From NCBI GenBank assembly GCA_951406725.2, contig OX597823.1, positions 1,674,001 to 1,738,000 of the forward strand: a DNA stretch of 64,000 bases, given 5' to 3'. Made by a program: the position numbers and the translations under genes. Below the pieces are notes generated by a model. That model was given only the letters and a program-made list of their open reading frames with translations. It was not told the origin of the DNA and did not search any database. This stretch comes from Octopus vulgaris (Eukaryota). This document shows, one piece after another, positions 43,910 to 59,675 of this stretch (the stretch's first letter is position 1; every line of letters starts with the position of its first letter).

Positions 43910-44187
43910 GTTTAACTTTTGCTTTATGTCTGTACAAGTTGGCTCCAAGTCTCAACCAGAGACCTCAAGAGACAACAGGCTGGAAGTTCACGTTGTTGTT
44001 ATGCCTAGTGTGCCATATATTTGGGGGGTTTTTTGGTGTTGTACTAGTGAATGTCTAATAAATAAATTAGAAAAAAAAGTTTGTTTTAAACCTTGGGATT
44101 ACATAGAGAGTATTTTGCGTAGGATATGAGCAGTTCCCATGAGCAGTATCTTTTGAATTTCTGCCATTTTGGGGTTTCCTGGTATCT
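43908..44187 (-). mobile_element. R4/Dong-type family C 3' fragment
   Basis: IPGNPKMAEIQKILLMGTAHILRKILSM by manual translation; homologous to 50295-50678 and 61473-61800. Confidence 0.8.
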
Positions 44188-44939
44188 ATGTCAATGGTTC
44201 CTTTCAGAAGGTCGTCCCACATTTGACGACCATCAATAACCGTCCGTCCATTCTCACTCAACTAGTTTACAAATTGAATCGTTGTAGGCTTTCCGAATCG
44301 AAAGTGTGGCCCCTCCCTTTGAATTGTATTTAAGTTAAACAGGAAAATCACAAACTTGTGGTTTATGGGGCCGAAATTGTGTACACCTTACGCTATACTT
44401 ATCGGCTGAGTTAATAGATATTATTTGCCCACATACGATCTGGATGACCTGATATAGTTTGTTTAAGTCCAATGTGGGACATGTTAAAGGGCTGCATGTA
44501 ATTTCCTGGGGATTTGACTGCTATTTCTTGAGGGCTTACAACAGAAAGAACCAGTAGTCATAACGTGAACGTTGTATGACAGACACTCCACTGTAAACCA
44601 TTTATAGAGTGGCCTATTACACTAGAGGCTTTGTAAGAGGCAGGCTTCCCATACCACGTGACTTGGGGAACCCTGTTAAGTGTTGCAGTCGCCATTAAAC
44701 TGTCCACGTTGTCAGGTTTTTAAGAAGTTTGACGAAGAAGAGTTGAAGAAGAAGACAGAGAATGAGAAGGAGAGTGGAATACGCAGACGATGGGGTGGGG
44801 TAGGGCATAACGATGAGAAAGAATGAACGAACTGGGGAAAGAAAGAGGTGAATAAATAATAAGAGGAAGACGTGGTGAAAGAAAGAAAATGAAGAAAAGA
44901 CAAGAAACAGAAACAAGTGGTGAGCAGGAGAGCGATGAA

Positions 44940-44962
44940 AAGGGAGAAAGGAACAGAGAAAG

Positions 44963-45016
<54 letters not shown>

Positions 45017-45320
45017 GAGGAAAGAAAGAAGGAAAGGAAGAAAGGAGGAAAGGAAGAAAGAAGGAAAGGAAGAAGGAAAGAAAGAAGGAAAGAAAGAAGG
45101 AAAGAAAGAAGGAAAGAAAGAAAGAAGGAAAGAAGGAAAGGAAGAAAGAAAGAAAGAAGGGGAGAAAGGAAGAAAGAAAGAAGGAAAGGAAGAAAGAAGG
45201 AAAGAAGGAAAGGAAGAAAGAAAGAAAGAAAGGGAGAAAGGGAGAAAGGAAGAAAGAAAGAAAGAAGACAGGAGTATGAAAAGGAAGCAAAGAAATAAGA
45301 GAAAAAGAGAAAGAAAAAAT
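44940..45320 (+). repeat. Polypurine (GAAA/GAAG)n tract
   Basis: Directly visible. Confidence 0.95.
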
Positions 45321-45332
45321 TAGAGCCCGAGC

Positions 45333-45754
45333 AGAGAAGGAAAGAGTAAGAAATGAAAGAGAAGAGAAGGAAAGAGTAAGAAATGAAAGAGAAGAGAAGG
45401 AAAGAGTAAGAAATGAAAGAGAAGAGAAGGAAAGAGTAAGAAATGAAAGAGAAGAGAAGGAAAGAGTAAGAAATGAAAGAGAAGAGAAGGAAAGAGTAAG
45501 AAATGAAAGAGAAGAGAAGGAAAGAGTAAGAAATGAAAGAGAAGAGAAGGAAAGAGTAAGAAATGAAAGAGAAGAGAAGGAAAGAGTAAGAAATGAAAGA
45601 GAAGAGAAGGAAAGAGTAAGAAATGAAAGAGAAGAAGAGAAGGAAAGAGTAAGAAATGAAAGAGAAGAGAAGGAAAGAGTAAGAAATGAAAGAGAAGAGA
45701 AGGAAAGAGTAAGAAATGAAAGAGAAGAGAAGGAAGGAGTAAGAAATGAAAGAG
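45333..45754 (+). repeat. 30-bp minisatellite, about 14 near-identical units
   Basis: Unit AGAGAAGGAAAGAGTAAGAAATGAAAGAGA; one 3-bp insertion and one substitution seen. Confidence 0.95.
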
Positions 45755-46650
45755 CGCTGGTCTAACATTTTGCTTCGATGTTTTGTTGTTGTTCTTTGAG
45801 TAAATCTCCGTCTGATGATTTGCTCAGGTGTATTTGCGCGTCGATGCGTGGATGAGAGTGTAATTGTGTCTACATACATACGTGGCCCTGTGTATGCGTG
45901 CAGACGTGTACGTGTGCACATGCGCACAAGTGCATCGGTGAATGTATGGCTGTGACTTTCCAATTAGAATTTTGTTTTTTCTTTCACATTTTTGTTGTTT
46001 CAATTTTATTTTTATTTTTGTTTTTCTTTTTGTATAATTTAATTACTTCAATTTCATTTCAAAAATTACATTTCCGCCTCCTGTAATCCGACACCTTCCT
46101 CTACGGATCCTGACACCCCCACCCCCACCACATCACTGCTCCTCCATCCTTTTGCGCCCCCTTACAGTCTCAGTTTCAGTTAAACAGACCGACAGACAGT
46201 CCGACAAACAGACACAGACGAACAGACAGATGACGGGTATGACATAACAACAACAACAAAATCTACGACAATTGCTTAACCATTAACGTCGCCTCCACCG
46301 CTTCGTCTCCTACCACCACCACCACCACCACCATACACGAAACAATGAGAGGAGCGAACCTGTGGCCTGTTAGAAATAGAAACCAAATCTTCCTCAAATT
46401 ACATCCCACCTAAAAGCAAGACACTGAACATAATGTCGTCCTAGATACACTTTACCTGAAAACAAGACGATGTGCTTTCACCTGAAAGACTTTTGGTCAG
46501 GTCCATCCTTCCTTCTTTCCTTCCTTCATTTCTTCTTTTCTTTCATTCATTCATTCCATCATCCTTCATTCTTCTTTCCGTTTCTGAACCACACCAACGA
46601 ATAACTTGCATTAAACGGATGTGAGTTCTATCTATTCTATTGTATATAAC

Positions 46651-46722
<72 letters not shown>

Positions 46723-49269
46723 CCTCTCTGTCTCTCGCTTTCCCTCCCTCCCCATAGCCACTCCAGAAGTAATACTTCTGCAATTTGCAGCAATGGATTA
46801 AAGCCGCCCAGTTTTCCTTGACTTACGGTGGGAGCTTATTTGAGATAGCAGAAGGATAATAACAATAAATATTGTGAAATACTTATTTCTAACATCTCAT
46901 CATCATAAAAAGGAAAATTACATCAAATAATATAGTTCGAGATACTCTTAACCACTTGAACAGTTCTACCTTAGACGTCTCTGGAAAAACGTGGAAGGAC
47001 ACGATATATTCCACAACTGTACTTGACAGGGGCCAGCTGTGGTTGGTTGTATCCAGTGTTTGAAAATAGAGCAGCTGAAGATCTCACTCTCTCTATTTTA
47101 TAAGGAGTTAACCCAAAGCCATGTCAGTACTCGTTCTATAAGATATATTAATCAAAGGGTTATGCCGAAATTAGTTCCTTTTGGTTGCCACCGATAAAGT
47201 GCATCTGTTTATCTGTCGGTGTTGATGTCATTCGCGAATTTTCTGGGGCCATCGCAAACATCGCCACATCAGACAAATAGAAACAGAATAATTGGTAAAA
47301 TCACGATGCTCCAACCGATCCACATCAGAGGTTCTCAGTTTCTTACAGCTCAATGATCGCCTTTTATGGACTTTATGGAGTTTACGAACGTACCCTCGCC
47401 ATGCTTTTCACGTGTCGCCAAAATAAAAAAAAATGGCAGCAGATTATTCTAACGGTTGAATTCCAAGTAAATAAAGTTGTAGATAACAGCGTGTACATAT
47501 TGGGTAAAAAAAAATCTTCGAATGGATAAAAGTCGAAGGCTGCTCATGAGACTCAAACCTACATCTTCTGAAATCACAGTATTTAAACTATATTTTTTTA
47601 TAGCTTATTTAATTTGAGTAAAACCGTTTTAAAAAAATATTTTACGTTCTCTCAAAGTTTCTAAATTCTAATTTTGCGCAATGGCATTATTCCTTCCACC
47701 ATGGGCCTCTTTTCAGATATTTGAGTGGACTAAAGCTACCCACCACCCATCAATGTTCAATTTTTATATGAATTTCTAAAGGTGAAGATTTCTCTAATGA
47801 AATTATATTGGACCTTGCTACATCTCCAAAGTCACGTTTTCTCTCCTACACATAAACATATGCGTGGATTAGTGCCTTCTATGTTAAATTACTAACGCTG
47901 AGGACGTCTAGAATCGGGTCAACACAACCGAAGTCGTGTTTCTTCTCTTGGAATACAGATTGTTTTATTCGTATTCAAATCTTGACAAAGATTTTTATTT
48001 ATTCTTATTTTTTGAAAATATGTTTAAGATGTAAAATTGTTGTACTTGACTTAAATATTTCATTTCTTAGAAAAATCAGAAGCCTTCTAAATTTTCAGCG
48101 CCCTCCTTGGCACTTTCACTGAGTTCCCAAGGTCCTCGGGGTGGCACTCCTTTTCGGGATGAAGCCTTTGGTATGTTCAGACTGAGAAGAATCGGGTCCT
48201 TCTTTTGGATCTTTACCGTCTAAACAATATTGCGTTGCTGGCAGGAGATGAACTTCCGACATCATTGTTCAGAATCAACTAATCTTAACTACTAGCACAG
48301 TTACCATTGTAATAAGCCAATAAGCAAAGCCGCTTCCTCGTGAAGTGCCTGAATTAGTCTTTTTTTTCTGCAATACTGAGGTTTCAGTATTTGCTGCCCT
48401 TTATATAATGCCTTCATTTTTCAATGATTCGATTTATCTGATCTCTCTTTTATCTTTTTATCATTTGTTTTATCTTAGACTGCATTATCAAATTGTACCC
48501 TATGACCACATTTCCCTTTACTTTCTGATCTTTTTTAAATAAATACATTGCTCCGGCATGACCACGGCCGCATGGCTGAAACGAGTAAAAGAGTGTGTCA
48601 ACTATCTAAACACTTCACTTGTGGATAATTCACAAATTATACAATTCTAACCACCTTTTGTGGTTTAAGATTTGGAAAATGGAAAGAAAGAACATCTTCC
48701 CCCAAATGCTCAGTGCACAGACGGAAGAAAGGGTTACTGTCTTTGAACTGTGAGTAACACAAGTGGCATAAGTCACCTACGCCCGACGATAAGTACTCAA
48801 TCACTTGGATTGTTTTTGACATTATTGTTAACAAGGATTGACAAGTTTCTACAATTCTATTACATATGTGTTGGCGTTTGTAGATGTATTTCAAATGGTT
48901 TCGTATGATCAGGCGCATGACTATATGCATGCGTGTGTGTGCGAGACCTTGTTGTTGTTGTTGTCGTTGTTGTTGCTGTTGTTGTTTTTGTTTCTGTTCT
49001 ACGTTAGCGCTGGCGTTGAGGTAATTGACGTTGTCTTGTAGTTGCCCACCTAAAGCTTCTCTGTTAGGATATAACTTAAAGTGGCAGAATGGCTTCAATT
49101 CGAAATCACTTCTGACTTTGAAATCTCTGAGGGAGAACTTGATCACGAACGCTGTTTGGTGGATTAATTTTCTCTCCATTATGTAGAGAGTTCCTCGTTG
49201 AAAACGCTGCTCTGTCGGAACCGTATAATTGTTGTTAATAGTGTTGTCAGTGCAATTTGGAGTTGTCAT

Positions 49270-49929
49270 TGATGAAATGGTGGCTGTCGGGGGTGACGGT
49301 GGGGATGGTGGGAAGGTGGTAGAGGAGGCGGCGTGTGTGTATGAGGGGGGGTCGTGATGGTAAGGATGAAGGTAGCCGCTATAGTGGTGTTGGGGGTAAC
49401 GGTGGCGGCGTTGGCAGCAGTGGTGATTGAAGAAATGATAATGGTGGTGGTGGTGGTGGTGGAGGAGGAGGAAACAGTGATGGTACTGGTGATGGTGGTG
49501 GTGGTGCTAGGAGGCGGGGGTAGGGACGATGGAAAGGGAATTGGTTTCATAATTGTAAGAGGAAACATTCCAGTTAAATGAAACCTTACTAAGTGGTACG
49601 GTGACGTCACTCTTAATTAGAAGAACACCGTGACGACGGCCATGACGATGATAATGGTTATGACCACAACCATGATGACGACGACGACGAGAGGACAACT
49701 ACCACCATGACGGCGACGACGACGACGACGGCGACGACAATGGTGATGATGATGATGATGATGATGATGTTGGTGTGGTAGTGGGGTGGTGGTGGTGGTG
49801 GTGGTGGTGGTGTGGGTGGTGACATCATCGAGTATAATTTAAAGGTAGTTATGACAACTGTTTTCATGACGACAACGATGATCAAAGCGTTGGTTCAGTC
49901 ATAATCACCATCGTCTTCATCGTCGTTAT

Positions 49930-49973
<44 letters not shown>

Positions 49974-50054
49974 TTATCGTCACCATCGTCATTATTGTCA
50001 TAATCATCATCATCATCATCCCCATCACCATCATCATCATTAACATCATCACCG

Positions 50055-50102
<48 letters not shown>

Positions 50103-50115
50103 CCATCACCATCGC
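49270..50115. repeat. Mixed trinucleotide low-complexity region (GGT, GAT, GAC, CAG, CAT)
   Basis: Directly visible. Confidence 0.9.
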
Positions 50116-50294
50116 CTGACACTTTTCTTTGATTTTGTTTTCGCTGATCCTTCAGTTCATTCCTTCTTCTTCCCCTCTGCTCCTTATCAACGGTTATACA
50201 GACATTTCAAGGGAAATAGTTTTCTCTTTGATATATGGCTGTAGAATTGTGTAGGTCAGCACGAGTGTCTGAAAAATAAATACATATTATTTCC

Positions 50295-50678
50295 ACAAGT
50301 TGACTCCCATTCTCACCCAGAGACCTCAAGAGACAACAAGTTAGAAGGTCAAGTTGGTGTTGAGACAAGGGTGCCACATATTTGGTTTTGCACACGGTAT
50401 TGTTCTAGAGAATGTCTGTCAAAACATAAATGAATTAGAAGTTTGTTTTAAAAGTAATTTGATTAGAAGAAATAATGTGATGTTAAGACGACATTAAAAG
50501 ATATTTGTTGTTTTGTACATTTAAAAGTATTTTGACACTGTTTACGGATTAAAATATTTTGAGGATTACATGGACAATATTTTACGTAGGATATGGGCAG
50601 TTCCCATGAGCACTATTTTTTAAATTTCTTCCATTTCCGGATTTCTTGGTATCTGAGCTACGTAGCAATCAGCCCCTT
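50295..50678 (-). mobile_element. R4/Dong-type family C 3' fragment
   Basis: Shares CCAGAGACCTCAAGAGACAAC 3' UTR and TAHILRKILSM terminus with 43908 and 61473. Confidence 0.8.
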
Positions 50679-51126
50679 ATTGTTATTATTGAATGAGAGA
50701 GCAGTGAATGCCATCACAGTGACAGGGGTAAAATATACGAAGCCCAGTATACCCATCATGACTACACGTCTGATAAGGGTACACTAGGCACATGCATCAT
50801 AACCATATGTGCGCGACATGGTGATCTCATATCAAGATAAAGAGCACATGACCATGCAGGTGGGGCCTAGTAATAATTTTCTTCTGGTCGAGTAACCCAT
50901 CCCGCTCAAGAGGTCCTTGAATAAGGGTTGTTTAAGGATGTTGAATGAAACACCCATGTTTCCAGAGGTGAATTATTCAAACCCCAAGGAATCCCTCTCA
51001 ACACATGGCTATGATGCTCGCCCACTACTTCTGCTCGTGATCAGAGATGCACATATCGTCAGCCACTAAGGGATACTTCCAATCAGTTAAGATCAGAAGC
51101 CACGAGAGCCACTGCCTGGTACTGCA
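50679..51126 (-). mobile_element. Non-coding retroposed element with (AAT)n tail, flanked by a 35-bp duplication
   Basis: Direct repeats 50644-50678 and 51127-51161 (2 mismatches); no ORF and no clear Pol III boxes. Confidence 0.6.
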
Positions 51127-51171
51127 TCTTGGTATCTGAGCTACGTGGCAGTCAGCCCCTTATTATTATTA

Positions 51172-51232
<61 letters not shown>

Positions 51233-51255
51233 CATCATCATCATCATCATCATCA

Positions 51256-51313
<58 letters not shown>

Positions 51314-51333
51314 CATCATCATCATCATCATCA

Positions 51334-54043
<2,710 letters not shown>

Positions 54044-54091
54044 ATTATGATTATTATTATTATTATTATTTTTATTACCATTATTATTATT

Positions 54092-54270
54092 GCCTTTGCA
54101 CAGCTTCTAACGCTGGAGATGTACTACGGTGTCAGTTGTTCACTACCAGTGAACTAAGGTAACACCCCTTATTTTTCGAGCACCTACCGGAGTATTCGAG
54201 CGGTTCCAAGCAATGCTGTTTTCTGCAAGCGCTCCACCCTTATTGCAGTCCCTATTTGTTCCATGTACTT
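54092..54270 (-). mobile_element. R4/Dong-type family A 3' fragment
   Basis: Near-identical to 18726-18905. Confidence 0.88.
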
Positions 54271-55457
54271 TAAGACAGATATTAGTGTTTTATACATTGT
54301 TGTCAAGCTAGTTATGGGTCTATAATTTTTTGGTTCATTTGTTTCTTCATATTATGGAAACAGGAATGTTACACCATTAACTAACCAAGGGGGAACCATA
54401 CTAAGTTGTTGCAAAACATTGTTGTAAAGATTTGTTAGCAGTTCATGGTTCTCTGGGAAGGTCTTCAACCAGAAGTTAGGAATTTTATCCTTTCCTGGAG
54501 ACTTCCATTTGCTTGATTTCTTGAAAGCAGATCTCACATCCTCTACCTTGATACCCCTCCCCCCACTTTCACTCTTCTAAGAAGTCTAAGTCAATAGATA
54601 TTCGATCAATCCAAGGGGCCTTTTCGTTGTATGTTTTTTCTTCAGCCCATATTTTATTCCAAGATTCCTGCACTTCATCTTTTGATGGGACACACTTTGC
54701 TGTAACTGGTATTTTCCCTTTCTTCCTGTAAAAAATTTTTGGGGTTATTTTTGAATATGTTGTTGTCCTTGAAGAATCTAACGCGCTTTTCATACCTTGC
54801 TATGCGGACAGCTTTAACACATACCTTTTGCTTGATGGTTTCTATGGTGGTTTCGATATCAAGTATGGTTTTCATATACTTTTTCTTTGATTTTCAGATT
54901 TTTGTTGGTTTGATAGTTTTGTCAAGCTTAAGGTTTTTTAAATATTCTATGTCAGACCGAAGTAGCTGAATTCTTGCCAAATGGGTTTTTTTGTGGGAAT
55001 GTTGTCGTTTTCTAATCTTTTCACCACATAGAATCGTTGAGATTTTCGCGGATGCATAGTACAAGTGGTTGAGATCTGTGATATCAACATCATTAGCTGA
55101 AAATATATCCTTAAGTGCAAAGCGGATTTTACCAATTACTTTCAGGTTTTGGTTAGAATTGCGGATTTTAGGAAGTGTATCGCGTTCATCCATTCTGGTT
55201 TCTTTAATTTTCAGCCATTCAAGCATGATTTGATTTTTTAGATCATTTAGTTCAGTTGGATCAATTTGTGTGTGAGTTTCTTCATCTATTTGATTTTCAT
55301 CTGCCTTAGTGTTTATGGTTGGTTCAGAGAGTATTTCACTTTACTTATCAGTTATATTAACTCTTTCAGTCATTATTTCATTCTCATCAGACTTGGGTTG
55401 GTCTGTAATTATTTCCTCTGTAGTATCTTCTTGAGCTGCAACTTCGTTCCTTTTATC

Positions 55458-55461
<4 letters not shown>
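54271..55461 (-). mobile_element. Upstream (pre-RT) part of another R4/Dong-type LINE
   Basis: WKSPGKDKIPNFWLK and PKNYRPITSL; many frameshifts. Confidence 0.8.
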
Positions 55462-55509
<48 letters not shown>

Positions 55510-55569
55510 TAGTTTCAGCTCAGAGCTGCGGCCATGCTGATGCACCGCCATATATATATATATATATAT

Positions 55570-56079
55570 TGTAGTGGTCTATGTAGCTAAATGGTTGAAT
55601 GATCTCCCTTGCAAGAAGGATTAAAGAGTAACCTTTCTTTTTTAGTTTCTCGAAACATCTGTGTCATGAGACGTGATTCTTAATTATTCAAGAAGCTTAG
55701 CGTTTCTCTTGGAAGTTTCTAGAATGTCTAGCGTTCCATTAATAAAAGCAGCTTGCTAATCCAGCTCTTTGCTTCTTAGTCGATTAGACTCAGAGCCATT
55801 CACGTCATTGCTATGTCCGTCGATTTCTCTACGCCACACGACTGAAAGCCACAACTTAGCTGTTATTTCTACATTTTCTATCTCTGAACTTTCCTGCATA
55901 GATTACTTCTTTCAGCTGGATGCTACATATTGATTATGTATCATCATCGACCAGTGAATAAAATATATTTTTATGTAGTAAATATATAGATCTTGAATTT
56001 ATTCTTTCATCTCTATATGAACTCCTATAATAATATACACGCAGCCATATCAACACCTGTAATATATATAATCACTACA
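55570..56079. mobile_element. Candidate solo LTR (510 bp)
   Basis: TGTAGTG...CACTACA 7-bp inverted termini (TG..CA), internal AATAAA; 4-bp flanks ATAT and ACGT match only partly. Confidence 0.5.
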
Positions 56080-56099
56080 ACGTGTGTGTGTGTGTGTAC

Positions 56100-56300
56100 A
56101 GATGAGTACGTAAGTGCAAAACAGGAAGGAAAAAACAGTACTCGAATACTGAGGGTGGAGTAATATGCTTTTATTAAAGCTGCAGGATTATCACAAAACT
56201 GTTACTCAGAGTTTCACGTTTCCGTTCCTCGGACAGTTGTTTCACGGGAACGTGAAACTCTGAGTAACGGTCATGTGATAATTTTTCAGTTTTAATAAAA
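56100..56300. mobile_element. Inverted Penelope-like pLTR pair
   Basis: Inverted arms 56169-56225 and 56244-56300, both containing hammerhead parts. Confidence 0.6.
56199..56236 (-). ncRNA. Minimal type-I hammerhead-like motif, variant core CCGAGGA
   Basis: Minus strand CTGT-CCGAGGA-ACG(GAAA)CGT-GAAACTC-T-GAGTA^ACAG. Confidence 0.65.
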
Positions 56301-56355
<55 letters not shown>

Positions 56356-56356
56356 C

Positions 56357-56453
<97 letters not shown>

Positions 56454-56462
56454 TAGATAGAC

Positions 56463-56607
56463 AACAGGCTTCTTTCAGTTTCCGTCTACCAAATCTTCTC
56501 ACAGGCTTTGGTTGGCCCGAGGCTATAGCAGAAGAAATACATCCTGACGCCACGCAGTGGGACTGAACCCAGAACCATGTAGCTGGCAAGCAAACCCCTT
56601 ACCACAC
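56463..56607 (-). mobile_element. SINE family A head
   Basis: Reverse complement of about 16715-16860. Confidence 0.8.
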
Positions 56608-57796
56608 AACTAACTAAATAATGATATTACTTTTTAGTTTTATACACACACACACACACACACACACACCTATGTTGTATATGTGTGTATGTATTTACAT
56701 TATGTATGAATGTGTGTGCCTGCATATATGTGCATGCGTGTGCGTGCATGTATGTATTAGCATGCGTGTGCATTTATGCAAGCGATTGTTGCGCCTATCA
56801 CCATTCCAGTTTCTCCAATACTGGGAATGGGAACACATTCCTGATACTCCATAGTGATGTCTAATATTCTGGATCAGCCAATCCAGAGTTACACGACTTT
56901 GTGGCTCGTCTCATTGCACACAGCATCATGGCCGCTTATACCAAAGTCGATGAATGGCTGCCATTAAGACGACAGAAACGCTTCGGATGAAGGTACGAAT
57001 GAACAATCGTGATATTTAACAAAAAGCATTAAAAGGCAAAAGTGAAGTTCGTTGATATTGTTATAGTTAATGTAAAGGCGGTGCGATGGCAGAGCTGTTA
57101 GCAGGCCGATTCGATTTGAACACAGAAACTCAACGGCTTGGACTAAATGCCACCGCATGATTCCATGTTTTCGATTCTCCTTTTCACAACCTTTCAAACA
57201 AAGTATCTTACTGACTCCTTAACTTTAGCTCACACACACACACACACACATGTTGCTGTTGCTGCTGTTGTTGTTGTTTAGTACCAGGTCAGACTTGGTT
57301 GAACACACCTATAATCATAAGCATTCTAGCCGTGGCCATCCTGCCTCTTTCCTTGTCTATGCAGGGAACTCAGCACCACGAACCCGTTTGTTAACACGGT
57401 GAGCTAGTTGTGATTCGAGGGAGAGTTAGCTGTTATGTCGAGTATAAAGACCTCGTATTTTACTGGTACTTACTCTATTGACCCAACAGATATAAATGCA
57501 AACGCCTAAACTTCTACCACCCCAACAACTTTCACTCATTTATACTAATTAGCAACAATTAAATATTTGTTGCACAAATGAAAAAAAAAAGTCATTAAAC
57601 TAGGAAAAACCACACAAATCATAATTTCACCAGATTTTTTTTTTTGTTTTTTGTTTTTTCTAAAAGATTGAATTCTTTCTTTTTTCTGTTTGTTACGATC
57701 GGAAGTGATTTACAAAAGCATTCTGTGTGTGTGTGTATGTCTGTGTGAGAGAGAGAGAGAGAGAGTGTGTGTGTATGTGTGTGTGTCTGTGAAGAC

Positions 57797-58110
57797 CAGT
57801 GGCTTAGTGGTTAAGGTATTCGATTCACAATCGTAAGGTCGTGAGTTCGATTTCTAACAGTGCATTGTGTCCTTGAGGAAGACACTTTATTTCCAGCTGC
57901 TCAGTCCACTCAGCTGGCAAAACTGAGTAGAACCTGTAATTCAAAGGGCCAGCCGTGTCACATTCTGTGACATGCTGAGTCTCCCTGAGAACCGTGTTCT
58001 TATCTAATGTCCGGCTTTAATACTCAACAGATATATTTTGGGGTCGATTCAATCGACCAGCCCCTTCTTCCCCAAATGTCAGGCCTCCTGCCTCTAACAG
58101 AAAGGATTGT
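57797..58110 (+). mobile_element. SINE family C with a family B-like tail
   Basis: GTGGCTTAGTGG A box and GAGTTCGATTTC B box; homologous to 41702. Confidence 0.8.
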
Positions 58111-58514
58111 GTGTGATTATGACGCGTCTCTTGATGTCTGTTACGCTTTGTGTCATTATGCATTCCAGTCCTTCGATCCATTGTTGCGTTGCTGTCTGTT
58201 CATTGAATTGTGAATGACTGAGTATTCCGCAGACTCTTGTGTCCTTAGCGTAAAGCTCACTCAGAATCAGTTTAATACAGTTTGTGACATGACTGGTCGT
58301 TCGAATCCCAGGCACCGTCCAGTGGGCTTCGGAACAGTTTCTGTCACTGCAACGTGTCACTCAGGCAGACGATGAGAAAAACACATCTGTCGAAGTTGTC
58401 ACTCAACAGGATTGAACCTGCGACGTGAAGACTCCCGACATTCTCTATACTAGACACAGTTTCTTTACAGGTGTTCATGTTTAGGATTCAATTTCTTGGT
58501 TTTTATAGATTGTA

Positions 58515-59050
58515 GAGTAGTGGTGGTCGTGGCGGCGGCGATAGTGGTGGTTGTCATCGTCCTCTTCGGCGGCGGTGGTGGTGGTGGTGGTGGTGGTGGT
58601 GGTCGTCGTCGTCGTCGTCGTGGTTGTCGTCGTCCTCTTCGGCGACATCGGCAGCAGTGGTGATGCTGGTGGTGGTGGTGCTGGTGCTGGTGGAGGCAGC
58701 GGCAGCGGCGAACAGTGGCATTCGTAGTGGTGACAGTGACGACGATGTTGATATGGTGGCGGTGGTTGTTATGGTGATGGTAGTGGTGGTAGTAGTTGTG
58801 GTAATGATGATGATGGGGGGGGTGATAATGATAATTGTGTTCGGTCGTGGTGGAGGTGATGATTGTTGTGGTTGTGGTGGTCGTAACAGTGGTGGTAGTA
58901 GTGGTGGTGGTGGTGCTGGTGGTAAAAGTGCTGGTGGTGGAGGCGGCGGTTGTAGTGGTGGTGGTGGTTGTGGTGGTGGTGGTCGTTGTGGTGGCGGTGG
59001 TGCTTGTGGTGGTGGTGGTGCTGATAGCAGCGATGGTAGTGGTGATGCTA
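58515..59050. repeat. Degenerate (GGT)n low-complexity tract
   Basis: Directly visible. Confidence 0.9.
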
Positions 59051-59381
59051 AAAGTTATTGTTTCCCCCAACAAACCGTTACAATATGCAGATGAATAGCA
59101 TATCTTGAGGGAGAAGCATCTATATTGAAAGTGAGAAAAGAGCTTTCACGAGCGGGAGACATCTTTGACAAACGTTGATGACATGCTGGTGGGGTGGGGG
59201 AAGGAGTTAAGGGGCCTCGAAATTGTGTAGAACTTTCTACTGTGCTCTACATATAAACGTAGACCACGTTTATATGACTCCAGTCGTTCTTACCGCTTTT
59301 GTTTCTGGACATAAAGCTAAGAGAATAGAGTGTCGGAAAGAATTTAGGGCAGTTCACGATAGCTGCAGCCAATAATAATTG

Positions 59382-59454
<73 letters not shown>

Positions 59455-59675
59455 GATGATGATGTATTTCACAAGGTCCTAGGCATTAGGCATGTGGCTA
59501 GAGTCGAACGCAACAGGGCCAACGGTTTACGAGTATTTTTATATTTATTTTATCGATTCTTCAGAGATTAACAAATGAGATGTGCTCAGTAGTGCTGATT
59601 ATTATCATTATTATTATCATTATTATTATTATTTTTATTATTGTTGTTGTTGTTGTTGTTGTTATTATTATTATT

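Noticed and set aside
45333-45754. CRISPR-like 30-bp repeat
   Set aside because: Units are directly tandem with no unique spacers; eukaryotic context with no cas genes.
44695-45963. 422-aa F/S/L-rich ORF
   Set aside because: Stop-free reading of the polypyrimidine strand and the 30-bp minisatellite.
48637-49269. 210-aa minus-strand ORF with poly-Q
   Set aside because: No recognisable domain and it spans a (TTG)n repeat; cannot be supported without expression data.
58465-59098. Mucin-like Thr-rich or Gly-rich ORFs
   Set aside because: Degenerate (GGT)n is open in several frames on both strands; no splice or domain evidence.
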